Of a stretch of 64,000 bases of DNA, positions 38,580-50,365 are shown piece after piece. Within the stretch, counting starts at the first letter, position 1; each line of letters starts with the position of its first letter. Under the pieces are notes generated by a model. That model was not told the origin of the DNA. It saw nothing but the letters and a program-made list of their open reading frames with translations, and searched no databases. Origin of the DNA: Okamejei kenojei (Eukaryota); assembly GCA_035221665.1 (NCBI GenBank), contig CM069164.1:17856001-17920000 (forward strand), given 5' to 3'. A program made the position numbers and the translations under genes.

Positions 38580-39264
38580 GGCAATGCTGTTGGCTTGTGG
38601 TGATGGTGGGTGGTGCTGGACACATAAGCAGATGGAGAGATGCCATTGGGGAATTATGCATTAGGTGGGGTGTACAGAGGACTCACGGAAGCAGAATGCA
38701 GGGACTGTAATTGTTGGTCAGGGCTATAGTAGTGTCAGTAGCTATGTTTGTCAGTTGGGGTGTAGCTGAGTGATAGTTGGTAGGGGTAGATGGATAGTGT
38801 TGAGTTGACTGGGATTGGTTGCAATAGTTGTGTCATGGTGTAGCTGCGGTTCTTTGTTCGCTGGTTATTTTCCCAACACTTGGACAACAGAAGCTCTCAG
38901 TCCAAGGATGGTTGCCAAAGCTCTAAGCCAGAAATGTGAGGGGGAGTGATGTGTGCTAATATTGGTGGCCACTGGTAGTTGCTCTTTTTAAGAGTCTATC
39001 TGCTTGATAGAATAAATTGAAACAAAACCTAAAACATCAGCGCAAAATGGAGACACCAAGAGAGGAAGATTGCATGATTTTACAATTGCATGATAGTGCT
39101 GAATATACTTGTTTATATATCTATGCAAAAGCAACCCATAGATTTACGGAGCTATACAGCATGGAAAAAGGCCTTTAGACCCAACTCATCCATTCCATTC
39201 AAGCTGTCACCTTCAACTTGTCCCTTTCACCTGAGTATTGCAAATGTTCCATTAAACATGTGGG

Positions 39265-39985
39265 GGAGAAAAGGGAGAAACCGTTTTTCAGTCACTCCCT
39301 CGACGGAGAGGCCACTTTTTTCATGTCGCATCTCCGCATCCCCTCTCGTGGCCTAACAGTTTGGATTGGAGCGGCCTTTCCCGGAGTCGGGCCCAGAGCT
39401 TCAGCAGCGGGCGCAGCGAGGACTTTTCCATCGCAGAGTGGGATGAACCCTTGCCGGGGGCCGCCAGAGAGGAGTGCTCCGATCACTGGCCTGGTGACTT
39501 TGGCATCATGCGGCTGTGGTCTGTGGAGCTTCTAGCTGCGGGCGTAGCGTGGATTACCCTCCAGAGCCTGGGATCCCTTGCCAGGGATCACCGGAGAAGA
39601 GCTCTGACCACCGGCCTGCGGCCTATAACATCCTGAATCCATGATTTACAGTAAGAAAGTGGCCGACTCGGGCACTCCAAGCTGCAGAGTGTGTTCGACC
39701 GTCCCGACATCGGAGTTTCAATCATCCCGACGAGAGGGCCTGTACATCCAGCTGTCCGTAGCGGCGACTATGGAGGGTTCATGGCCCCGACCACGGATGA
39801 ACAACGGAGGAGGACTGATTGAACTTTGTTGCCTTCCACCACAGTGAAGAATGCTGTGGTAGATGTTTATGTTAAATTCTATTATGTATTGTGTGTTCTT
39901 TTTTCAATTGCATCGCTGCATGGCAAATTCATTTCACTGTACTTTAGTTGGTGAATGTGACAGATAAATTTGTATTGTGTATCTT
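39265..39985 (+). mobile_element. Unclassified CpG-rich non-coding repeat with an L2/Rex-like 3' tail
   Basis: Sharp GC/CpG-rich block ending ...catttcactgtac...tgtgacagataaatttgtattgtgtatc; no credible ORF. Confidence 0.45.
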
Positions 39986-40014
39986 GTGCGGTTTCACCAA
40001 GGTTTTGCACAACT

Positions 40015-40377
40015 TTAGTTTAGTTACAGTGCGGAAACAGGCCCTTTGGCCCATCGAGGCCGAACTGACCAGGGATCCCCACACATTAACACTACCCTAC
40101 ACACACAAGTGACAATTTTCTACATTTATACCAAGCCAATTAACCTACAAACCTGTACATCTTTGGAATGTGGGAGGGTACCGAAAATCACGGAGAAAAC
40201 CCATGCTGTCACGGGGAGAACGTACAAACTCCATACAGACAGCACCCGTAGTCGGGATCGAACCCGGGTATCTGGCGCTGCATTTTGCTGTAAAGCAGCA
40301 ACTCTACCGCTGTGCCACCGTGAAGGATGAATACTCGTGCAGAAGTTCAATGCCGATACAGATTAAATAGGTTGAAT
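40015..40377 (-). mobile_element. V-SINE/HE1-like SINE, full length, with 57-nt 5' extension
   Basis: (TTTAG)n tail at 40015; head ends at ~40320; leader 40321-40377. Confidence 0.88.
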
Positions 40378-40419
40378 AGTCAGGATCGAGCCCAGGTCTC
40401 TGGTGTTACAGCACTGTAA

Positions 40420-40591
40420 AGGGCCTGTCCCACTTACACGATTTTTTCGACGACTTGCTGGCACCCGTCATAGTCACAGCAGGCTGGCGAAAATTTTCAA
40501 CATGTTGAAAATCCAGCGGCGACCAGAAAAAGGTGACGACTAATCACCACCAAACAGGCATCACCCCGAATGTCACGGTGGGACAGGCCCT
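40420..40591. mobile_element. PIF/Harbinger-type MITE inserted in an older SINE head (40378-40625)
   Basis: TIRs AGGGCCTGTCCCAC / GTGGGACAGGCCCT flanked by TAA and TTA; splits the SINE sequence ..ctg-taa-ggcagcaactc. Confidence 0.78.
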
Positions 40592-42471
40592 TTAGGCAGC
40601 AACTCCATCGCTGCGCCACCGTGCCGTCCGACTGTAACATGTATATGTAGAAATGTCTAAAAAAGAAGGGTCCTGACCTCAAACATCACCTATCCTTGTT
40701 CTCCACAGATGCTGCCTGACCCACTGCATCACTCCAGCACATTTTTGTCCTTTTGTAACATTTATATCTATCAAATATGAATAGATTTGCTCCAAATCTA
40801 CTTCAAAAATGAATATATCTGGGGAATAGAAGACACCAAGGAAACAAAGTTGAAGTAAAGGGCTAGATAAAACAAAGAATGTTGCAGAAATAAATTTGCT
40901 CAGTTTATCATCGGTCATCGCCTCCAAAAGCATTGGGGTTATGAGCTCCTAGAACAATACTTGCCATCACATCCAGGCTAAACTCCCTGCCTGGCCCCTT
41001 TGCAAGTGTTTGTATCACTTGTCAGCTGCTTGGAGACTGAGTCAACCAACTCCATATAAAATGTTGTCAAGAACTGAAGAGACACCTGAAGTTTCAGCAG
41101 AAGATTAAGAATCTGCTTTCAACATAATAGCAAAGAACATGACGTTAACTATCCTTCTGTGATTTTCAGCACCTCAAGAGAATCATGAAACTGAGCTTTT
41201 TTCCAATTAGAAGAAATTGAAAATGTTCGACTGTTGTAGAGCAACCTTGAATCAGTTGCCACTTGAGTGTAGCAGCATTAAATACAACATCCCCTGAGTC
41301 TCACAACTCCTGCAATTACATCTGGGTTGTCAATTCATTCATAAAATCACATCAAATTTCATTAGATGTCATTGGTTAAAGATTGGTCTTTATCCCTGGG
41401 CCCTTAAGCTGCAATCAGAGTATGGAGAGGAATCCATGAAAGCTGATTAAAACTTCAGCTGTTAATGCACCATAAGGGAGTGAAGAATAGATACACAAGG
41501 GGGGGAGATCATAAAAGCCAGATCTCTGGCCACTTTACATATTGCTGGGCTTGGCTTCGATAGGGGCTGGCAAACTGCCTGACTAGGTTAACACATTTGC
41601 ATCTTTGCAACAAATCTTCCCTACGCCCACCAGTGCCCATCTGTTTCCAACCAAGTAAAACCAGACGGGCCAGGTCAGTAGGCACTGATCTTAAAAGAGA
41701 CTGCCTTACTGCTGAGCACATTTCAAGCCATTTTTAAAAACCTTTCTTCTTCTTCTTGCGTATGGAGTGCACAGCCTAACGTTGTCGGACAACTTGTTCT
41801 ATTTGATCTTATTTGATTGTGCACGCCGGGTTGATTGCATTTGTCGAAACAGGGCGGACCACGTGAAGGTTGCAATCTTCCACCCCTTTAAAACCTTTAA
41901 TTTTGCATTATTAGACTTGCTACTGGATGATTAGTGGCAACATCAGGAGTACAGGCTGCCACATCCACAGACTGAGGGAGAGGTACTGTGGTGAACACTA
42001 ATTCACGGGGAAGGCAGTGAATGAACATTACCGTACACTAATGATTTATCTCCATACAGAAATACCTGTGGTGTGAAGGTCACAGCAGCCTTTAAATTCT
42101 TTGTGTCGGAAACATTTCAAGTTGCCGTTGGCAACATCAGCTGTATTACTTATCCCAAATGCTCAAGCAAGAGACAGATTGGTTATTTGCTTGAGTGAAT
42201 AATGTCTGTGTTTCCCTGCAGCACGATGGGCTGCAGCACGACTGGGCTGTACCACGTGGAACTGTGGCAGGATTCCCACAAACCCAGGGCATGCAGTCCC
42301 ATTTTGCCATTTCACATTTTGTTGCATCAGGCCACAGTTTTCCTCCTGATCCAGGCCGTTTAAAGCATGCATTTGTACAGAGGCGGATCCATAGACTTAC
42401 AACATTAACAAAATATACTGATTAAATTTAGGTCACGTGTTACAGTCCGAGAGTGCAAACAATTTTTATTT

Positions 42472-42770
42472 CTAGTTTAAAGATACAGCATGGAAACAGG
42501 CCCGTTCTGCTCACCGAGTCCACACCACCATTGATCACCCGTACACTAGTTCAATGCTATCTCACTTTCACTCCTGCACACTAGGGGCAATTTACAGAAG
42601 CCAATTAACCTTCAAACCCGCTTGTCTTTGGAATGTGTGAAGAAATTTGAGCAACCAGGGAAATCCATGCGAGCACAGGGAGAACATACAAATTCTGCAC
42701 AGATAGTAGCCGAGATTAGAATCGAACCCGGGTCTCTGGCACTGAGAGGAAGCAGCTCCTCCACTGCACC
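42472..42770 (-). mobile_element. V-SINE/HE1-like SINE (older)
   Basis: Family motifs, ATCGAACCCGGGTCTCTGG. Confidence 0.8.
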
Positions 42771-43221
42771 ACAGAAATTCACTGTAGCTAAGCTCTATGC
42801 AGTGTTAAGCCCAAGGGTGAGAGGTGAATGATGAAGGCAGGGTTCAGAGATGGACGGGGTGGTGGATGGATGGGATTGAGAGGTCGTTGTGAGGAGTTTC
42901 TTACCTTTGCAATATGAGGCTAGAACCTCCTTGGGTTTACATTCATTCAGCATTTATGTGATGTATAATATGGTTTGCAGCAAAGTAAAGGACAGAATAA
43001 AAGCATGAAACATTTTTGTGTATTTTCGGCATCAGTAGATTGGTAAGTGTAAAATATTGTCTACAATGAATTCAAATAAATGTAAATAAATATTACTAAA
43101 TATCCCCAGGAAGTATCTGCACTGGCATGTAGAAGGAAGCTTTACTATAAAGCACTATTACCGGAAGGATTGTGTCAGCTGTCAGAGATACTCTCATCTT
43201 ATCAGGCATTTACAATATACA

Positions 43222-44385
43222 CAGTGCCCTCCATAATGTTTGGGTCAAGGTCCCATCATTTATTTATATACCTCCGTACTCTTTAATTTGAGATTTGTAA
43301 TAGAAAAAAAATCACATGTGGTTAAAGTGCACATTGTCAGATTTTATTAAAGCGCATTTTTATCCATTTTGATTTCACCATGTAGAAATTCCAGCTACAC
43401 AGTCTCCCCATTTAAGGACGCCATAATGTTTGGGACACATGGCTTCACAGGTGTTTGTAATCGCTCAGGTGTGTTTAAATGCCTCCTTAATGCAGGTATA
43501 AGAGAGCTATCAGCTCATAGTCTTTCCTCCAGTCTTTCCATCACCTTTGGAAACTTTTATTGCTGTTTATAAACATGAGTATCAAATTTGTGTCAATGAA
43601 AGTCAAAGAAGCCATTATGAGACTGAGAAACAAGAATAAATCTGTTAGAGACATCAGCCAAACCTTAGGCTTACTAAAATCAACCGTTTGGAACATCATT
43701 AAGAAGAAAGGGAGCACTGGTGAGCTTACTAATCGCAAAGGGACTGGCAGGCCAAGAAAGACCTCCACAGCTGATGACAGAAGAATTCTCTCTTTAATAA
43801 AGAAAAATCCCCAAACACTTGTCCGACAGATCAGAAACACTCTTCAGGAGTCGGGTGTGGATTTGTCAATGACCAATGTCCACAGAAGACTTCATGAACA
43901 GAAATACAGAGGCTACACTGCAAGGTGCAAACCACTGGTTAGCCGCAAAAATAGGATGGTCAGGTTACAGTTTGCCAAGAAATACTTAAAAGAGCAACCA
44001 CAGTTCTGGAAAAAGGTCTTGTGGACAGATGTGACGAAGATTAACTTATATCAGAGTGATGGCAAAAGCAAAGTATATGGGAGAGAAGGAACTGCCCAAG
44101 ATCCAAAGCATACCACCTCATCCGTGAAACACGGTGGTGGGGGTGTTATGGCCTTGGCATGTATGGCTGCTGAAAGTACTGGCTCAATAATCTTCATTGA
44201 TGAAACAACTGCTGATGATAGTAGCATAATAAGTTCTGAAGTGTATAGAACTCATTGGCCGGCGGTTCACTCTACAGCAAGACAATGATCCCAAACATAC
44301 TGCTAAAGCAACAAAGGAGTTTTTCAAAGCTAAAAAATGGTCAATTCTTGAGTGGCCATCAATCATCCAATCTGAACCCAATTAT
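43222..44385 (+). mobile_element. Tc1/mariner DNA transposon, decayed and lacking the right end
   Basis: Left TIR CAGTGCCCTCCATAATGTTTGGG with inner direct repeat CCATAATGTTTGGG at 43421; transposase ORF with HTH, GRPRKT, WTD, KHGGG; QQDNDPKH in another frame; stops at NLNPI. Confidence 0.93.
43596..44385 (+). pseudogene. Tc1-type DDE transposase pseudogene
   Basis: The 242-aa ORF 43560..44288 frameshifts before the second catalytic D; the E of the SPDLNPIE motif is lost. Confidence 0.88.
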
Positions 44386-46109
44386 GAATAGGTTTGATTC
44401 GTTAACATATATTTCTAAAATAAAATTGGAATACCATGGGACTTTTTAAAATAAAATGTAGTCTTTTATTTTTATTTTTAATAACTTTCTTGAATATCTT
44501 ACTGTATTTTACTACCCAAGTGTGATTAATATGCTCCTGCAAAAATGTATCTGCCAAATGTATCTACCATCCTCTTTGGTGATGTTAGCTGAAGGGGACT
44601 TGTTGGACAGATCCTGACACTTTGAACAACCTATTAAAGTAGAACTCTTTTGGGACCCTACAGTTCAATCTAGTATCTTCAGGACTTTGGCAGATAATGG
44701 GTACTATTCTCTATAAATACCCCCAAAATCATTATTTTAGATGTTACCGAGCAGCATAATTTCTTCAGTAAAGACAGGAGCACGAGACCCTGATGCGTTA
44801 AAAGGGGCATGGAGACTGGTCAAGACAGGCCCTTCAGTCCACAATGTCCAGCATGCCTGTTCTTCGTGAAATTAACTGCATCCAATCTCTTCCCTCAATA
44901 TTTCAGTCTATTTTCTTTGTCACCTTGTCTGAACACTTTTTTCGCCACACTTTTAAACTCTTCTATCCATGGCGCCATTCAAACACAGGAACAAACTGCT
45001 TCTATTTGCCTTTCCATTTATTTGTTCCACATTTTATGTTCTCGTGTAAAGGATCCAGCTTCAAGATTTCTTCAGTTTACTAATTCCTTATACTGAGCAG
45101 CTTCCTAATGAATCCATTATGCTTTCTCTAAGGCCTTACCATCCTGATTATAGTAGAGAGGCAGGAGCTCCACATGAGGCTGTAATGAGTGTGAGATTCG
45201 ATGTTCTGGACAAGCCGATCACTAACTGATTGATTTTATGCCCCATACATTGAGGAAAAAGTCTGGTTATTGTTAGCTTTCTTCATGATTGCTTGTCCAT
45301 GAGAAGCTCTCCCATTGCTCTGTGAATCTCTCTCAATTCCTTTATTTTATTTTACGGGACCAAATCCACTTCTATTCAACATGTTAATACTAGCATTTCC
45401 ACAGAAGACACCACCAATATCTTCTTAATATTGAATTCAACCTGCCACTTGCAACCCACCCCAGCCTATCAATATCCCAAGTGGTCTGGCAGACTACACT
45501 GCCATCATCTAGCCTGGCTCTTATTTTTCTCTGCTCCAATCATTTATCTCCCAATCTACAAATGCCTTAGGTTTCTCCAATGATCTCCCAGATGGTATTT
45601 TGTCAAACATTTTCCTGAAGGCTACGTGTGTTACCTCATCAAATATTTGCACAAGTTTTATCAAAGACAACCATCCCTTTTGAAATTTATTCTGGCGATT
45701 TCTGTTTTTCTCCTTATCTTGCTATGTCTTTATTTCATCCTTAACAAACGTCTTGGAAATTTTGACGAGGTGCATTGTAAACTATGATCATCCCAATTAG
45801 CTGTGTCTCTGTGTTGAAGACTGAACACTGTTTTATCCAGCCCTCCAGCACACATACACATACGGCTTGCAACGATAATGACTGCAGTTGTCCTTTTACT
45901 GCCTAATTATGTCTTTTCAAACCCTTGTGCTCCATTTCCGTTGCTCAACTGATAAATTGGTAAATGCACAACAATGCCACATTTTAGATGTTAGGCTCAA
46001 ATCCACAATTGACCTTAATATCATAACCTGTTGTTCAGACTAAGTGTTAGCATTAAACCAAGCTAAATCATGCCCAGTACTATTGACTATTCATAGCTTG
46101 TATGGATAG

Positions 46110-46402
46110 AGTTAGCGATACAACATGGAACCATGCGCTTTGGCCCACCAGGTCCACACCAGCCATCCATCACCCATTGTATGTTATCCCACTTTTGCCT
46201 CAGCTTCCTACACAAGAGGGGCAATTTACAGCAGCCCCTCTAAATACCTACAAAGCCACACATCTTTGAGACGTGAGAAGAAACCTGAGCACCCAGAGGA
46301 AACCCACGTAGTTACAGGGAAAATGTGCAAATTCCACACAGATTGAACCCGGGTCTCTGGTGCTGTGCGGCAGCAGCTCTCCCAGCTGCGCCACTCTGCC
46401 AC
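46110..46402 (-). mobile_element. V-SINE/HE1-like SINE (diverged)
   Basis: GAACCCGGGTCTCTGGTGCTGTGCGGCAGCAGCTCT..GCTGCGCCAC head on minus strand. Confidence 0.75.
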
Positions 46403-46622
46403 CTTTTAAAAATTATTTTGCTCCAAAGTAGTCACCATTGATGGCACTAACATTCGCAATTGATTCGAATGTTGATTTATAATCTAGATGAATTGATTCT
46501 TTATAATTTCGGATCACAAAATTGAATTGACATCCGAACCTTAGAGACCCTCCTGCCTAGATATGCATATTATAGTTGCTTTCCCTAACTTGGTTATTCT
46601 TGTTTACTGTATAACATTTCAG

Positions 46623-46715
46623 CTCAATCTGCGAATGGCGCAGTGGGAGAAGTATCGATTCATGTAGACCTCTTCACTCACCCTGGTACTGGAGAACATA
46701 AAGTTACAATTAAAA
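46623..46715 (+). CDS. unc13c: unc-13 coding exon F (93 nt), start of C2C domain
   Basis: atttcag| ... |gtaagt; (A)[30 protein letters not shown]; phase 1 to 1. Confidence 0.94.
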
Positions 46716-46819
46716 GTAAGTGTCCCCACCACTCTCCACTGGTGTAACTAGTGACAGACCCTTTGAACCGTGCCAGCTATTGTGACCATTTGAAGAGCGT
46801 TGATCTCTTTTTTTTGCAG

Positions 46820-46979
46820 TTGTTGCTGTCAATGAACTGATCTGGCAAACAACGGCCATGTTCCGACCCTTTGTAGAAGTTCACGTGATTGGACCGAACC
46901 TCAGTGACAGGAAAAGAAAATTTGCCACAAAAACCAAAAACAACGTTTGGTCACCGAAGTACAACGAGACATTTCACTT
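46820..46979 (+). CDS. unc13c: unc-13 coding exon G (160 nt), C2C domain
   Basis: ttttgcag| ... |gtaagt; (I)[52 protein letters not shown](F); phase 1 to 2. Confidence 0.95.
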
Positions 46980-47047
46980 GTAAGTGGTCCTGCATCTTCT
47001 GTGTTACATTTCCTTAAGTATTCACTTGAAATTAAGTTGCTGGCTTC

Positions 47048-47225
47048 AAAGTGTATCAGTCTGAAAGATATTGCAGTCTAGTAAATCAAATCAAATCCTT
47101 ATTTGGAGAAAAAACAGAGCCCAAAAGTGTACCAGTCTGAAAGATATTGCAGTCTAGTAAATCAAATCAAATCCTTATTTGGAGAAAAAATAGAGCCCAA
47201 AACAGAGCCCAAAAAAACAGAGCCC
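47048..47225. repeat. 76-bp tandem duplication plus AACAGAGCCC sub-repeats
   Basis: 47048-47123 and 47124-47199 are nearly identical. Confidence 0.9.
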
Positions 47226-47304
47226 ATAGAGTCATTGAACTCTACAGCATGGAAACAGTCTCTTTGGCCCAAATTGTCCAAGCTAACCACTTCACAAGAC
47301 TTAA

Positions 47305-47775
47305 TACGAGATTGATCCCAGGGATGGTTGGGTTAGCGTATGAGGAGGGTTTAAAGGCTCTGGGCCTATACACGATGGAGTTCAGAAGGATGAGTGGGGA
47401 TCTCATTGAAACCCACTGGATACTGAAAGGCCCAGATAGAATGTGGAAATGCCGTTTCCAGTAATGAGAGAGTGTGGAACCAGAGGGCACAGCATCAGAA
47501 TGAAGGGATGTTCCTTTAGAGTGAAGATGAAGATGAATTTCTTTAGCCGAGGGCGGTGAATCTGTGGAATGCATTGCCACAGACGGCAGTGGAAGCAAAG
47601 ATATTGGGTGTTTTTAAAGCAGAGATTGATACATTCTTGATTAGTCAGGGTGTCAAAGGTTACAGGGAGATGGCAGGAGAATGGGGTTGAGAGGGAAGAA
47701 TAGATCAGCCATGATCGAATGGTAGACTTGATGGGCCAAATGATCTAATTCTGCTCCTATGTCTTGTAATCTTAT
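47305..47775 (+). mobile_element. CR1 LINE 3' fragment
   Basis: TRLIPGMVGLAYEEGLKALGLYTMEFRRMSGDLIETHWILKG. Confidence 0.85.
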
Positions 47776-48496
47776 GCTTTAAATTGATTTCCCTCTGAGC
47801 ATCAAAATGCCTAATTTGAAAAAGATCATTGTCACATGGTTTCAATTGTGTTAATATTTGGTTTTGAAGTGGAGCCAAAGCTGATTTATAATCGGTGTGA
47901 TTTGCAATATATTCGGTGTTTGGGCTCAGTGCTACTCTGGGTCAAGATAATGTGTTGGCACCAGATTGGGGTTATGCAGGGTGATTGCCAATGAGTGATG
48001 TGACAGGCACAGACTCTGTGGGATGACAGGCTTGTTTCTGTGTGTGCATGGAGCCATGACTTGGCTCAGGAACCTTCTGCTCTCCTGGTCCTGGTCACAA
48101 ACGTACCATACCCTTTGCTTCCTGTGCTCCACAGTGGCACAGTGTGCAAAGGTAACTGTGTAAAAGCAATTCCTTGTGCTTCAGGGGCTGCTGCATTTTG
48201 TTGGGGTGGGCCTGATACTAATGAACTAATTGAGGCACAGCACAGTGACTGTTTAGAGCAATATCCTTGGAGGCAGAACATCTCCAGCTCTTTGCACCTC
48301 TGGGCAAAGAGGAAAGAAAGGAAAGAGAGAAACCTGAGGAGCATGATGAAGTGTTTATGGCAACTCAATGTCTTTGAGAACTGAGACTCATAGCTGGAGA
48401 GAGAAAAGCTGCAGTGAACACTGAGATGTGAGTAAATGGAAGTAGAAGTTGTCGGTGGGGAGGATATCCAGACTTAATGTTTGTTTATGACCGCAG

Positions 48497-48782
48497 CCTT
48501 CTGAGCAATGAGAACGGCCCTGAGTCCTTCGAGCTTCATGTGACCGTGAAAGATTACTGCTTTGCCAGAGAAGACCGGATTATTGGAATGACCGTCATCC
48601 AGTTAAAGGACATTGCCGAGAAAGGGACCTGTGCCTCGTGGTACAGCCTCATCAAGAACATTAACATGGATGAAACCGGCCTGACAATTCTCAGAATACT
48701 CTCCCAGAGGACCAATGATGAAGTGGCCAAAGAATTTGTACGCCTCAAATCCGATACCAGATCCTCGGAAGAAACCACATAA
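48497..48782 (+). CDS. unc13c: unc-13 terminal coding exon, stop TAA at 48780-48782
   Basis: ccgcag|; [94 protein letters not shown], the Munc13 C-terminus. Confidence 0.96.
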
Positions 48783-49780
48783 GAAGCAGACGAGAGAGAA
48801 TGCAAGGAAGCTGAAGTTATCTTTAGTGCATGTCTGTTTTAATTGTGTGGGTACGTTTATCTGAATATGTGCAGGTGTGTGCTTCAGCCCACTGTTCCAG
48901 TGATGAGTTATCTCAGTCTCTCAGACACTTAATTGTTCTGATAAAGTGCCAAATCAAGATTATCCACGGGAATTTTCCCCTGGTATTTTGGGATTTTTTC
49001 AATTTGCTATATGATTAAAATCTAACACTGACTTGCTTTTCTGTGGTTTTTAACACTAAGTATTGATCCTTCATTTGTGACAGGCTTTGTCTCTCTACTT
49101 CTGCGATGTTGGGCTGTGATTATCCAGAGCATGTTAATGTATCTCAGCTAAGTTACATCCTAAAACTTACTAGTATACTTTACATTTTTGTAAGTTGCAT
49201 TTGACTTCTCCAGACGAAGACATTTATATTGAGGTAATTGTTATTGACATTTAGACTGCTATACTTTTCATTCTTAATTCACCAAACTGCAAACTACTGG
49301 TCATTATTAAAGGTGCAAGACAATTAATATTAGCTTAGTTCTTTTTCTGACACATCACTGTGAAGATGATACTTAGCTGACATCGTAACCGATTTTCTTA
49401 AAGAGAAACAGCTCATGAGCAAACTGGCATTGTTAATTTCCAAAAGTTGCCAAAAGGATCCAAGGTCCATCCAATACTTTTTTATGCCACATTAAGAGGC
49501 CACATATGTTTACAAAGCAACCGGGCTGTTTTGGTGATTTGAATAGAAATACTATGTTTCTGATAAATAGTGAAGCTGTTACTATTTTCAATGATGCGAT
49601 TGTAAATGTTGCTTTATAAAATGGTAATATTGTTCCAGCTGTAATCCTCATTGTTTCAGCATTTTCAACAAATGGTAATTATGCAACATCCTTATGTATT
49701 GCACTGATGTTGAAATGAGTGTCATGTAAATATATTTAGTGAACAATTGTACAATAAAGCATTGGAAAAAATCCAGTCCT
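48783..49780 (+). promoter_or_regulatory. unc13c: Probable 3' UTR with polyadenylation signal AATAAA at 49753-49758
   Basis: AT-rich stretch with no recognisable repeats after the stop; TGTAAATA at 49725-49732 just upstream of AATAAA; repeats resume at ~49895. Confidence 0.55.
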
Positions 49781-49894
49781 GCACATTGATACTTGGTGCT
49801 GAACTTGTTCAGCATTCAGTGTTGCAATAGAGAGCGCTGATGTGGCCTCACCTGGAATAATTGTTTGGTCCTCTAAAATAAAATAAAAAGATAT

Positions 49895-50365
49895 AGCAGC
49901 ATTGGGGACAGTATGAAGGAGATTCACTTGGATAATTCCTGGGATGAGAGGGTTGTCCTTTCAAGAGGGATTAAATAGTTTGCCTCTGTATTCCTCGGTG
50001 TTCAGAAGAACGAGGGGGGTCCTTATTCAATCGTAAGATCCTAATGGTGCTTGGTAGGATGGATGTTGGGGTGTTTTATTCATGGGACAATGTCGAACAA
50101 GTGCACATAACTACAACATGAGGGACTGGTGATTCAAACCAAATTTCTTCTGACTAGATGACCAATCTCTGGAATTCGTTTCCCCGGTGGGCGGTGGGTG
50201 GCAGCTGGGTCATTGGAACTATTTAGAGTGGAGGTGGATAAATATTTGATAGATCTATGACTGGCACACAGGAGGAGTTGAGGCCAGTATAGATCAGCCA
50301 CCATCAGCGTGCAGTCTTCAAGGGCCAGTGATTGACCCCAGCTCCAAATGTCTTGTGTTCATTTC
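49895..50365 (+). mobile_element. Old CR1 LINE 3' fragment
   Basis: Similar to the 2930-3420 region (ataattcctgggatgagagggttg...gatcagcca). Confidence 0.65.
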
